Counted from the whole stretch's first letter, positions 26,801 through 39,050 are shown. The stretch is 63,140 nt of DNA, filler included, from Rhabdomonas costata (GCA_019059605.1; 50 parts of 50 records of this genome joined end to end with filler, not necessarily neighbours in it), one strand, 5' to 3'. Translations and numbers: made by a program. The notes: generated from the letters alone by a model not told the origin.

Positions 26801-28289
26801 TTGGGGTAGCAACCAACCCCTTTTAAGTTAAAATAGCAATATTTTTTTGTTTCGGCTTCAATTCGGAGGAAGAGATGGAAGAAAGGTGACTTCACTGAGT
26901 ACTAATAGTGGTGACTTTCTTCGCACAAACAACAAAAACGCAATACCACCACGGTGGGGAAAACCACGACCAGGTTCACAAAGGACGGCTGCCAGCCAGT
27001 CTTCAAAGTAGCTCGCGTAGGAAAACAATCTGTTGACAAAAATCAGCAGCACTCAAAAGGAAACTTGTGAATGAAAAAATCAGAAAAAAATCAGCTGATT
27101 TTGGAAATTTGGGTTCCCTATGCGTCAACTTACCCCATCCCTGTCCTTGGAGCCACAACAGCCTGATACATGATAAATCAGTGCTGGCACATCGGCGTCC
27201 AGGTGGGCAGTTGGTGTGCCAGCCTACAGTTCTTTCTATCAAAACCAAATCCCGAGGTAAAAGAAGCGCAAAAAAAAAGGTCCATCCAAGCCTGGGTAAA
27301 AGCGAAAAAAAAAGGGGGGGGACACCCTAAAATGTCCTTAAATGGACTCTAGGGCAGCTCTATACAGAAGAATTCTCCACTCCGGTACCGTACTCCTGGT
27401 CTCTACCATAAGGTATATTAAGCAGGCCCGGCGGAAAGCTTTATTATATATTTTTTAAAAGTGCACCCTTGAAAATTTTCGAACTCAAAAATGCACAAAA
27501 TGGGACCTAAAAGGGGACATACCTCGGCGTAGAGAAGGACTCCGAGGCCGGGAAGCGGCCAACCGATTCATCTCAGGAGTACAACCATACCACCAAATAT
27601 GAGCCCCAACCCGTCTCCGGTCCGGTCCGGTCGGTCCGGGAGTGACAATGGCGGATGTCACCAGCGAATAGGGTGAGGTTTTGGGCCGAAATAAGTGGTC
27701 CTACCACCCCCCCNNNNNNNNNNNNNNNNNNNNNNNNNNNNNNNNNNNNNNNNNNNNTTAATTAATTAANNNNNNNNNNNNNNNNNNNNNNNNNNNNNNN
27801 NNNNNNNNNNNNNTGTGGGGGTGCTTGCTTGCTGGCTGTTGTGGGTGTTTCGTGGTTACCACGAACAGTTCTACGCAATGGTCTTCCACACGGAACCGCC
27901 GCACAAAACTTTGGGTAATTTGGTTGGCTTCAGGTTTTGGGTTACGTGTGGTTCTTGCGTGGTTTGAGAGGTGCGAGGTGTGAGAGGTCGTGGGTTTCCG
28001 TTTGTGTGGCTTCAGAGTTTGGTTGCGCCGGTTTCTGCTGCGGGTTCAAGTGTATTTTGGTCTGCTGCTGGTGGTGGTGGTGATTTGGCAGCGGGCATCC
28101 TACCGGCAATATCGCAACTAAGATTTTCGCAACCAATGGTCCCATTCCGGAGCACTGCCACCTATGGGCCCTCGGGAGCGGGCCCCTTTGCTGCTTCAGT
28201 CCACCTGGAGCATGCTCTCTTCGGCCCACCTTACGGAGCAGTAGTGGCCCCCAAGGAACGATTCCGCCGTCAGTGCCAGGCCCAGCCCC

Positions 28290-28930
28290 ATGCCGCCGCG
28301 TGGGTGATGGCGCCTCCATGTGAAGCGTTGGGTTTGTTCTTTGCCCCCTCTGATTTCCAGCTGTTGTGTCGCCGCTGGCTCGGGGTCAACTTGTTTCCCT
28401 CTTTGGAAGCTGCACTCTGCCCTGCTTGCGGCAGCCAAGGAGACGTGCAAGGGGAGCACGTTCTGTGCTGCGCTCAGCTGGGTCGGTACGCGAGGCACAC
28501 TGCCCTTCGGGAGACCAGCTTGCACATTGCCGAGGCGGCGGGCTACACCTGCCAGCGGGCGGTGAAGGTGGACCCCGTCTCCCTGCGCCGCCCCGCCGAT
28601 TTCCTTATCTCCGCGTTCGACCACGGGGTGGACATCGCTGTGGACGTCTCTGGTGTACCCCCTGCAGTTGCGGAGCGACTTCACCCAGGACTGTGGCTTG
28701 GTGCAGCAGAAGATGCGGCAATCTACTGCCTTCTGCCACGCCCAAGGGGTCCGGTTCACCCCGGTGGTCGGAGAGACCACCGGCAGCTGGAGACCCAGAC
28801 ATTCCTGCAGCGGCTTTTCGGGGCCTACCGGTCACGTCACCCCGTTTCCTTAGAGGAGGGGAACTCGGCGTTGTGGTGCAGCGTATCAGTTGGGTTTGCG
28901 AAGGCGGTGGGGCGGCAACTGGCCAACAGT
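28290..28930 (+). mobile_element. 3' end of a non-LTR retrotransposon with restriction-enzyme-like endonuclease (CRE-like), frameshifted
   Basis: AWVMAPP...LGL...RRWLG, zinc knuckle CPACG...GEHVLCC, RH, RPADFLI...AVDVS, then in another frame K...FCHAQGVRFTPVVGETTGSW. Confidence 0.8.
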
Positions 28931-29264
28931 GGCAGTTCTGGAGCTGTAAGAACACCCCACCTAAACACACCTAACACANNNNNNNNNNNNNNNNNNNNNN
29001 NNNNNNNNNNNNNNNNNNNNNNTTAATTAATTAANNNNNNNNNNNNNNNNNNNNNNNNNNNNNNNNNNNNNNNNNNNNGGGGGTTTGTTCTCACTCGCAA
29101 CCGGTACTTTCCAACCTAAGCAGTTGGGAAGATTGCGGTGGGCATAAATTTTCGGCGCTCATACACTAGCCCAGCACACTTTGGATGAAGGTATATACCT
29201 TGAAGAGGGTTAGGACACACGGGGGGAGTCTGGGGGGGGGCCCCCAGCAAGTTTCATAGGGTTA

Positions 29265-29497
29265 GCTCGGTCTGCGAGGAATTCGGAGTCTTCGCACGCA
29301 AGTTGACCACGGCAAGGGGAGTTCACAAGGCGCGAGACCATTAAGGGCAAGGTCCGGATGGTGTCTACACAAGTAATTGATGGAGCTTGGGGCAACCTGA
29401 AAACTTTTCTCCGGGCCCGCGGTGGGACCACAGATGGAAGCCTCAGTAAAGGTGTTCCAATGGCGTAGGAACCTTCCTCCTCATGCTGACCCTTTTT
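29265..29497 (+). pseudogene. Degenerate Merlin/IS1595-like transposase fragment
   Basis: VDHGKG/EFTRRETIKGKVRMVSTQVIDGAWGNLKTFLRARGG.../VFQWRRNLPPHADPF aligns to the transposase at 53123-53772; frameshifted and missed by the ORF track. Confidence 0.8.
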
Positions 29498-30746
29498 TTG
29501 GCGCTGTAACAGTGTAGTAGTGTAAGGAGTGTGGACTAGCGCGATCTTTCGTATTCCTCTATGTGCCAGGCTGGTGCAGGTATGCGAAATTTTCTTCCAC
29601 TGATCTGCAGGGGGTGATGCAGGGCAGAAGATGGGGAGAGCTCTGAGGTGAAGCATGCGAAGGGAAACTTCAGCTAGACCTGCGGAAGCTCCGATACATG
29701 TCTACAACAGCAGCAAGACCACCAAGCACCTGCGAAGAGAAACCCCAGACCCTAACACAGTGAATGAAAGCAGTTTTCACAATTTGTTGCAGTGGCTGGT
29801 GTGCCCGCTCAAACAGGTAACAAACGTTCAGGTCCACGTTTGAAGTGGGCACACAGTAATCACGTGTACCGCAAAAGCGAGCGAGGAGAGGAGATAGGGA
29901 GAAAGTGTGCGTGCATGGTAGTGTGTTTGTTTGTGTGTGTATGTGTTTGCGTTTGTTTCCGTTTGAATTCGGCATGACTGATATCGGTAAGACCAATTCA
30001 CCTGCACACCTACACAAAGCATATTCACAAGCAGGGAGGGGAAAAACCACCACCGCCCTCTGCTCTCGCGGTTCTGCGGTTTCTAATGACAGGCCGCGGG
30101 TTTTAGCCCAGCACTACCAGCGCTTGCGGGCAGTGAAAAAACGATCCAAAAAAATGAATGTGAGCACCTCCCCCCCTCCGGAAGAGTCAAATCTCCACCA
30201 TTAGAGGTTCCCTGCACATTGCAATTCTATCCCCCAGCGATTANNNNNNNNNNNNNNNNNNNNNNNNNNNNNNNNNNNNNNNNNNNNTTAATTAATTAAN
30301 NNNNNNNNNNNNNNNNNNNNNNNNNNNNNNNNNNNNNNNNNNNGTGGTGGGTGTGTTTGGTGTTGTGTGTGTGTGTGTGTGTGTGTGTGTTGGACGCATC
30401 GCGCTGGCTGTTGCCTGGTTGACTGGTTGGTTATTGGTGACCACTGTGGACTTTCGCACGCAAGCTCTGTTGGCTACGGGTGCTCGCGAGAGGTGCCGTG
30501 GGGAACCGGAACCGGCTCACCGCCAAACGTTCCACTTGTGGGAGGTTACTGCCCCACGGGTCCCGGGCCTTTGTCACGAAGCTGCTCTTTTCCAGCGGCT
30601 ACCAGTATTACTCCATTGCTGCGCAATTCTCTGAGACTCCACACTGCTTCCCTTCTCTTCTTGCAACACAGCTTCCGGCTTTTCCTTCGAATATCAGAAA
30701 TGACGGGACCTAACTCTGTGTGCGTGGGTGGGTGTATGCAGCAGAC

Positions 30747-31077
30747 CACAGCCTCGCCCAAAGCGGTGGCGTTGGTGTGGGAGGCCGCGCTGACGTGGAG
30801 GGGGTGCACGTCGACCCACTTGGCGTCCTTGCCGTGCCATTGCTGCTCCATGCGGTGGGCCCGGGGGCCCTCCGTGTTCAGGATCACGGGGCCACCGTAC
30901 TGGAAGGTGTGCTCGGGGTGAGGCCACTCAAACATCTCGAACAGACGCCCGCTCCTCCACGTCCTTTGGTCCACCACGGGGAAGTCCTTGATGGGGTACT
31001 TCGAGCTCAGGATGGTCTTCGCCGCCGTCTCGAAGCGGTAGCGGGAGTCGAAGAACCCGGGGTAGTGCTCCACAAAC
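30747..31077 (-). CDS. Hypothetical protein exon (aromatic-rich, about 110 aa)
   Basis: cag|FVEHYPGFFDSRYRFETAAKTILSSKYPIKDFPVVDQRTWRSGRLFEMFEWPHPEHTFQYGGP...; very strong GC3 bias. Confidence 0.65.
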
Positions 31078-31615
31078 CTGGGTAACGCGTGCAGATCTGA
31101 CACTGCGGTGGTGTCTGTTTTTTACTCCAGTAGGTTGTGTTTTGCTCCCACAGTTGAAACCAAACCAATAATTTAACATACCTCCGACCTGTTGCAGTTT
31201 ATTTTTTATGTGTGATTTTTCGCCATCCTTGCAACACGAAATGGACCGACCCGACCCATATCATTCTGCAGACGTCGACACCAACCAAACAGGGCCAGCT
31301 TCAAGTGTCCACTACGTAAGAGGCAAAATAAAAAATAAATGCATGCTGTTCATTGGAAATCCTGAAGCATGCAAATGTCCAAACCCCCCCTTTTCTGAAT
31401 TAAGGGAATGAAAAAAGAGGCACAATCAATGAAAAAACCCGTCCCGAATGCGCTCGCACAGTTTCAAAAGGGCAAAATCTTATATTGGAATCCCACGGAA
31501 CACGTGCATNNNNNNNNNNNNNNNNNNNNNNNNNNNNNNNNNNNNNNNNNNNNTTAATTAATTAANNNNNNNNNNNNNNNNNNNNNNNNNNNNNNNNNNN
31601 NNNNNNNNNTTTGTG

Positions 31616-31799
31616 GTGTGCGGCGACCTAAACAGAGCGCAATATTACCGAAAGGCGTCAGCGGAAAAACAGAATATGCAAAAGAGATGTCGCGCAACCT
31701 GTTGTACCCCGTCCATTTTCCGCGACATCTCTTTTGCATATTCTGTTTTCCGCTGACGCCTTTCGGTAATATTGCGCTCTGTTTAGGTCGCCGCCACAC
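31616..31799. repeat. Long inverted repeat (about 79-bp arms, 26-nt spacer)
   Basis: 31616-31694 is the reverse complement of 31721-31799 apart from single-nt indels. Confidence 0.95.
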
Positions 31800-33010
31800 T
31801 CCCCTTGTAAACGCGGTTGCGAGATCCGTGCGTGAACTTGTCTGAATCTTCTTTTTGATCCTCTCCACTTGCCTCCCTTTTGTGGGATTGGCATTCCCAT
31901 ATGGAAATTTGGAAATGAAAAATGGTCGTTGGGTGGGCAGTTTTGGTTTGCGTGTTTTGTGAGTTTTTGTTGCGTTGGTCGCTGGATGAAAAGCATGCCA
32001 AAAATGTCCTCGATAGTTTTGGAATGTATTTGTGGCGGTGACGTAAACGGGCAGGAATATTAATAGGGCAGGTTTGGAAGGAGGAAGGATAAGATCATGA
32101 TGAATAAATGGGAATTTCCACACAACAGCTCTTCGGGGAGGGCTGTGCGCCAGATCCACTTGGGTGTCACAATGCCTCCGACCTGGCGTGACATACAAGA
32201 CCTGGTCTTGTGTTCAGGCTTTGCTCGTCGCGGTCGGAACCACCGGGAAAGTTTTCACGAAATGGGGCGTGAGAACCGCGCCACGTATTGTTGTTGTTGG
32301 CATAATGTGGGCGGAATTTAGCGGCTTGGCATATGTGACAGGGTTTGGGGGTCGTTTCTCCCACATGAGATGCAGTGGTCCTTGTGGCGCGGTGACTGCT
32401 AGGAGAAGTTATTTGCTTCGGGATTGGCCGCAGTTGCTGTGCATATGCTGTAGGCTAAGACTTCCGGGCGATTGCCGCTGTGACGCTGCCAATAAATCGC
32501 ATTTTATGATGGATTAGAACCTATTTTGAGTTTTTGCAGTTTTTGTCCTTCTTTTCCTTTATTTGGCTGATTCTCCCTGTGTGGTTTACAGGCTAGATTG
32601 AAATATCCTAACTTTTATCATTAAATTTAATAACAATAAGTCTCGCAAGCTGATACACCAACAGCCACGGCTCCCATTCCCATCCGCTGCAGACGGGCTT
32701 CCACCACAACTCTACAAAATTGAAACTTCCAGTGAATTTTCCTCAAAGCTTTTCGTGTTTCAGATTGGCCAAAANNNNNNNNNNNNNNNNNNNNNNNNNN
32801 NNNNNNNNNNNNNNNNNNTTAATTAATTAANNNNNNNNNNNNNNNNNNNNNNNNNNNNNNNNNNNNNNNNNNNNTTTGTGTCATGTGTTGTTGCATCTAA
32901 AATATAGGTGTTTTTATAAATAAATAAAACTATTTTGGAATTTTTATAATTGTATTTCATTATTTATAAAGAACAAAATTTTTTATAAATAAATAATAAG
33001 TTTGGATAAT

Positions 33011-33292
33011 TTATTTGTAACAGCAGCCCTTAGTACAGTCACAATTACAACAGTTTGTACATCTATTTATCATCGTATCATTTATTAAATTCTGATGATA
33101 TGTAAGTTGTGTTTTAAGTTCGTTGATCTCGTAGATTAAGTTATTGATCTTAATGTTAGTATTCAGATCATTAACTGAATTTAACTGTAATTTCATAGCT
33201 TCTTGTTGTTTAAAGGCTATCATTATTTTAAGGTTCTCAACTAGATCATTCATAGTGTAGTAATCCATTATATAATAACTTGAGAAAATCAT
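33011..33292 (-). CDS. Small AT-rich intronless ORF, coiled coil with Cys-rich C-terminus (virus-like)
   Basis: 93 aa, ends RCTNCCNCDCTKGCCYK; ATGA overlap with the upstream ORF. Confidence 0.6.
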   Translation of the reverse strand: MIFSSYYIMDYYTMNDLVENLKIMIAFKQQEAMKLQLNSVNDLNTNIKINNLIYEINELKTQLTYHQNLINDTMINRCTNCCNCDCTKGCCYK

Positions 33293-33546
33293 TCACGTAA
33301 AAGAATACACTTATCAATGTCATTTAAAACTGTATATATATTTCCAATATGTGAACCAATTTCATTTAATTTTTTGTATACTTCATCTAATTTATGTTCA
33401 ACATCACAAAGTTTTTCAAACACTTCTTTATACTGTTGGTCTTGAAGTGTTGGTTGATTTGTGTTTTGTTCCATTTCCAGTAATTCATGTTCAGATATCA
33501 TTTCAAAATTCATTATAAAATAGTTATACATTATAATGGTGACCAT
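33289..33546 (-). CDS. Small AT-rich intronless coiled-coil ORF (virus-like)
   Basis: 85 aa with heptads VFEKLCDVEHKLDEVYKKLNEIGSHIGNIYTVL; AT3-rich, unlike host exons. Confidence 0.6.
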   Translation of the reverse strand: MVTIIMYNYFIMNFEMISEHELLEMEQNTNQPTLQDQQYKEVFEKLCDVEHKLDEVYKKLNEIGSHIGNIYTVLNDIDKCILLRE

Positions 33547-33598
33547 TAAAGCGCGCTTGTTACACTTGAAGAAATCATCGGAACATGTTTATCAAATA

Positions 33599-34035
33599 CT
33601 AATTTACTACTGAAGACCCAGTACAAATTAAATTTCCATTTGTTCCATCCCCAACATATATAAATTCACGGCACAACCACGACGTACTATATGTTTTTGT
33701 GTCAAGTCCTTCAATTTTATTATTACTCCCTTTACACAATACAATACTAGTATTACCCATTGCACCGTTTTTATCAACTATACGGAATGTCTGGCCATTT
33801 TTATATACTCCAGACACTGAAAATGGGAATGCTGTTAATAGGGCAAAAGATCCAACAAAAAAGACTGTATTTACATAATCAGGTATAGGAGTATTTGCAT
33901 TATTTGTATCTGTAATTCTAAAACCCTGTGTGCCATAATTTGGCAACGCACTATAATAAACAAATTTATAAGTAGTATCTCTGAGTTGTTCATCAGGTTG
34001 AACAAATGTTGTTAGATCATCCTTTAAAATAAATA
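33599..34035 (-). CDS. 5'-truncated ORF, beta-rich fibre/structural-protein-like C-terminal domain
   Basis: Frame is open to the contig edge; GQTFRIVDKNGAMGNTSIVLCKGSNNKIEG...FIYVGDG resembles the 'GxxxxIxDxxG...IxG' domain of viral fibre proteins. Confidence 0.5.
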
Positions 34036-35400
34036 NNNNNNNNNNNNNNNNNNNNNNNNNNNNNNNNNNNNNNNNNNNNTTAATTAATTAANNNNNNNNN
34101 NNNNNNNNNNNNNNNNNNNNNNNNNNNNNNNNNNNAGGGGATTCTGTTGGTCATCAGAAAAAGGCACAAAATAAATAAAACCCTGATCAAAAGAGGGACG
34201 CATATAAGTTATCGTTGCCGACCATCTCCCCCCGCGCAAGACTCGATTTAAACACAACAAACAGGCAAGGTTTGAATTCAGAGAACGCAAGGAATTGCGA
34301 CTTTTCACCAACTCCAATTTGGCAGGATTTGGCGCAGTGTGGAAGGCACCTCAAGAAAGAGCTCACAGCTCGCTGCACAGCAACGTGCAAAAGATGGAGT
34401 TCAGGGTCCAAATTGTACATATGTTACCACCACCACCTTCTAACCACCTTCGCAGCTGAAGCTTTTGCTCCTTGTTTTTCTTTCGGAATTGTTTCATAAA
34501 TAGCTGGGGGAGGGGGAGCGTGAGTATATGCGACTATGAGTTGATCGGGGGTGCTGCGTTCACACTTCGCCTGCAGGGTGGTGCACGAGCCCTCCTGCGA
34601 GGGTCGGGATGTGTGCGAGTACGAGCAGCGTGACTGCACGGGAGTTTTCAGTATTGGAAGGAAAGAACGAACTGCCCATTGAACTGCATGTTACGAATCT
34701 AGCTCACTGCGAGGGACGACCAATACAAATGAGTACACATAGCTACGCTGGGGCTGAGATGATGGTTTCGCAGATCAACCCTCAACTGAAAAGCACCGCC
34801 CTGTTGTTCTGCAGAAAGCCATCTGCTGGCTTTTCACGAAGGAACTCAGTTGCCTGTGAGAGGAATAGTATTTCCACGTGCTGTGAATCAGTGGGAGCTT
34901 ATCTGCAAGGGTTGACGGCTGGCGAAGGGTCCAAAAGCGAAAAGAGAAAGATCGCCTATTTTTGTGGCAGCGCGGCGGCGGCGGCGGCGGTGGTGACACA
35001 GCGATTGAATGTTAGGGATTGCGGCTGAACTGCCTCGAAGTACATAGGCGGAGCGTAACTGGTGGAAATATTTGATGTTTCCGTGCTTGCTCGCGCAAAA
35101 ACTTGCTTCCAGTCCACCAGCTTGCCAAAAATGTCATTGGGGTGCAGAAAACAACCCTAGAGACCAAGTAATAATTTGAGCTTAAAAAGAGCATTGCCAT
35201 GGTCACGTTTATTTCACCCACCCAGGAATGGTCAATGATCGTCATTTACCCAGGTTTCCAACAGCCGTGGCTTGGCGATTCTCCGGCTATCCCCCACCCC
35301 NNNNNNNNNNNNNNNNNNNNNNNNNNNNNNNNNNNNNNNNNNNNTTAATTAATTAANNNNNNNNNNNNNNNNNNNNNNNNNNNNNNNNNNNNNNNNNNNN

Positions 35401-36183
35401 GTGTGTGGTGGACAACGATGACTCCTTCTTGGTGGCCTGCTACCGCACCGACATCACCCTGGAGAAGTATGACCGGCAGCTTCGCGAGGTGCGGCTAGAG
35501 TGAGCCTTCATCCCTTATTTCGGCCGCGGGGGTGGAGTTTTTTTGGGGGGGGCGAAATACTGTGCTATGTGCTGGGTGGGCTGTCCCACATTTTTGCTTC
35601 ATTGTGCTAGCCTAATTTGCAAACGATGGCGCTGGTTAAGGATTCCTCTCGCTGCGTCGCACTCATGCAAAGCCAGCGAGGCATTCTCCTCCTACTGTAT
35701 ATGCAACAAGGGTGGCGAGTTGTCGCGAGATGCAGCGATGTGCGATGTGCCAGCTTTCCTTCTCTCCTTCTCAATGTTTCGTCAGCCGAGCTGCTGCGTG
35801 CGTCTCACGACCGCACACCTCGCCGCTTGCCACTGTTCTGTCAAGAATTCAATGAGCGTGCAGATGGCACACTCGGCCCCTCTCGTGCACTGCATACGCA
35901 GCGATGTCAACGCTCCCACTCACTTTTCGCAAAACTTCCTCCCCCCCCAACTTCATGTGGCATTGTTGTGGTTACTGACGGGTTTCTTCTCCCTCTTAGC
36001 TTCTGGAGATGTATGGGCCGATTCTATCGTGCCGTGCAGCCTCGGCACCGGACCGCGCGAAGTTCTGGAGGCCGGAGGCACGGTGCAAGGTTCTGCGGGT
36101 GTTCTTCGAGCGAAAGGAGTGCGCGAAGCTGGCCCTGGAGTGCATCGAGGTAAACTGCGTCGCCTTGAAGAATTACCCCTGCG
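35401..36183 (+). CDS. RRM-like protein, two exons (to 35488; 36000-36183)
   Basis: DRQLRE|LLEMYGPILSCR...LRVFFERKECAKLALECI; in-frame GT-AG splice. Confidence 0.55.
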
Positions 36184-36899
36184 GTATGTATAGCGGTGCC
36201 CCGGCCTTCCTTAAACAGCCTGGCTGGCAGACCTTCTTGCATATCCCGTGAACCCGCCATAGTCTAAGTTTGGCATTGCCTTTTTTTTTGGGATCGATTT
36301 CATTAGAGTTTAAAGATGATGAGCGTTTGGCGTCGTAACTTTACTTTTTTCATTATCAAGCAGCCACGGTTTGTTTTCATACCCTTTTAACAGGAACCCA
36401 TGGGAATTGCTGGAAAAAGGAAGGGTAGTTAACATTTATTATCGTTAACATTTCATAACGCTGGCGGTGACAATTTGAGAGCACAGAAGCTGGGAAAGCT
36501 GTGACCACCCCTCCACTCACATGCACACACAAACACACGAAACGTGTCATGGCGGTTCTTTTTCCNNNNNNNNNNNNNNNNNNNNNNNNNNNNNNNNNNN
36601 NNNNNNNNNTTAATTAATTAANNNNNNNNNNNNNNNNNNNNNNNNNNNNNNNNNNNNNNNNNNNNGTGTTGGGTGTGTGTGGTGGTTTTGGGACAGGGCA
36701 GGGCTGCAGGGCCTCAGGGGCGGGCGGCTGCTCAGTGGGAGATGTACGGCGCAGGGGAGGCGCGGTGGCGCGCGGCTTCTGATGGGCCTCTGCCCTCTTT
36801 TTGCGTGACCTCCCCAAGCAGGTTTGGTTGGGTTTTCCCTCACGAGCCGGCTCCAGCTGCCAGTGTGTCAGCGATTGGACGCAGGGGCCTCTCCCCTTT

Positions 36900-37068
36900 C
36901 GTCGGTGGATGCAGCGACCCCCGGCGGGTACACGCCTCTGCACTTCGCCGCGGTCAACGGCCATGTTGCGGAGCTCTGTTGGCCGCCAACGCCAGCCCCA
37001 CCGCGGTTGACCAGTATGGCCGCACACCCGCGGACGTCGCGGAGCAGAACGGGCACCCGGCATTGTCA
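36900..37068 (+). pseudogene. Ankyrin repeats with an internal frameshift
   Basis: VDAATPGGYTPLHFAAVNGHV continues in another frame as ALLAANASPTAVDQYGRTPADVAEQNGH. Confidence 0.6.
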
Positions 37069-37700
37069 GCCCCAACCCCATGCGGATGCGTGGCTGACTC
37101 TCCCCCCGTGCTCGGCCTTGGGTCTCGCCGGGTTAACCCCAATTCCTGGTGGCTAGGAATTCCCGCGCTGCTCTCGAGATTTTGCCACGCCTCTTCGTTT
37201 TTAGCAAAAACGGGCAAGGAGGAACCCGCCAAGGCAATCTCTATTTCCGCACCCAATTACACACAAGAAACGAAAGCACAACAAAGACGTGGGCTCCGGA
37301 AGGAAAGAGACCACTGCGGCGGATGGAGGCGGGCGCGTCAAGTGAAAGCGCATGAGTTTTTTTTTAGGCTTCCCCAGGGCTTCGATGACGAAAGGGTGGA
37401 AGGTCCTTATAGCAGGCCACCGTATGCGGAGGGGGTCCTGCTGTAAACTTAAGACATCCCACGGCTTCAAATATGCATAATTGCAGTATTAAAGAGCGTT
37501 AGTACGCACCACCTCAGTTCTAATCTTGTTTGATATGAAAAATACCATTCCAAAAATTCTGGGTAGCAATTTTATTTCCAAAATCAGTCTGTTTGCTTCT
37601 CTGAAGCGCTTTGCACTTTGCATAGGAAAAGGATACTGTATAGTACGTCGACGCTTTGTTTGAGCTTACATGTGATGTCAGGTTTTTGAGCTTTTGATGC

Positions 37701-37830
37701 TTTTTTGAAACCCTTGCTTGTGCCCGAATAGAGTCAATAAAATTTTACCACCACTAAGGCCACTGGGACTTGCATGGCATGGTAACAATTGTTTTGACTC
37801 TATTCGGGCACAAGCAAGGGTTTAAAAAAA
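37701..37830. repeat. Inverted repeat (about 50-bp arms) at contig end
   Basis: aaacccttgcttgtgcccgaatagagtcaa ... ttgactctattcgggcacaagcaagggttt. Confidence 0.92.
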
Positions 37831-37930
37831 NNNNNNNNNNNNNNNNNNNNNNNNNNNNNNNNNNNNNNNNNNNNTTAATTAATTAANNNNNNNNNNNNNN
37901 NNNNNNNNNNNNNNNNNNNNNNNNNNNNNN

Positions 37931-39050
37931 GGGTTGTGGGGAAGCGGGAGCGTGTGGTGCACTTGCTGACCCGCAAAAACCCGGACGTGAATCAGAAGGC
38001 CGGGGGCTACGACCGCCCCGCCCTCCACAACGCGGCGTGCTGTGGCTGGAACGACGTGGTGACACTGCTGCTGCAGGCCAAGGTGCCCTGGAATACTTCG
38101 TGCGAATCAACTGCGCGCTGGGAAACAGTGTTCCCTTGGTACTACTTTCGTCGCCGTATGCGATAACGGAGCAGGTATGAACGACTTCGACTTCCAGAGT
38201 CCGCCTCCAGAAAACATTGTGAGCCTTAGATCCGAATTCTCTATCCAGGTAAGGTCCATGTCTCTGCGGGATGGCTCTGCCCAGAGTACCAACCTTACCC
38301 ATAAAGCAACCCACGAGAAAAGCTCCAGAATAGTGCAGAAGGCTTTTTGTTTTCTGTGTTTCTCCTTGCTCCCCCAGGACCCCTGTGTTGCCATGAACAC
38401 TCCTTTGCTCTTTCGCCATGTGAGCGAGACACGTGCTTCGGATTTAGAGGACAGAGAGCTCCCAATTTGGGGCAAGGGCACAAGGAGCCTGGCATCATAG
38501 GCTTGACTTTCGTCAACCCGGAACCTTATCACTGTAGCAACAGACCTTCATCTGAAGCAATATGGTCATGCGCACCGTTTCAAGTTTTCAACTACTGCTG
38601 GCCCGCTCCACCCAACAGGTGGACCCCTAGTCGGTATTCTGCCTCGGGGGCGGTAGGTGCGTTGGTGCGTTGGTGCGTTGTGGTGGACTTTGGGAAACCT
38701 TGAAAAGGGAACGCTGCTTTGCTTTTAGGCTGACATGGAGGCCGTGTCCAGCGATGGAGAGACTGCTCTGCACCGCGCGGCGTGGCGTGGCCCGGAGATG
38801 ACCGCACAGCTGCTGCAGGCCAGGGCCAGCGTAGACGCCGTAGATCACAGCGGCAACACCCCGCTACACACTGCCGCGTTCTTTGGCGAGGAGGAGGTGG
38901 CCGAGTTGTTGCTACGGGCTCTTGCTAGTCCATTAGCGGTGAATAGGGTGGGATTGACTCCGGCGCAGCTTGCGGAGCAGAATGAGCACTCCATCTTGGC
39001 AGAGCACTTGCTGGAGGCGGAACAGCAGAAAGCCACGGCCACTGAAGTGC
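37931..39050 (+). CDS. Ankyrin-repeat protein, exons 37931-38082 and 38729-about 39050
   Basis: RPALHNAACCGWNDVVTLLLQAK|ADMEAVSSDGETALHRAAWRG...GNTPLHTAAFFG...GLTPAQLA. Confidence 0.88.
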
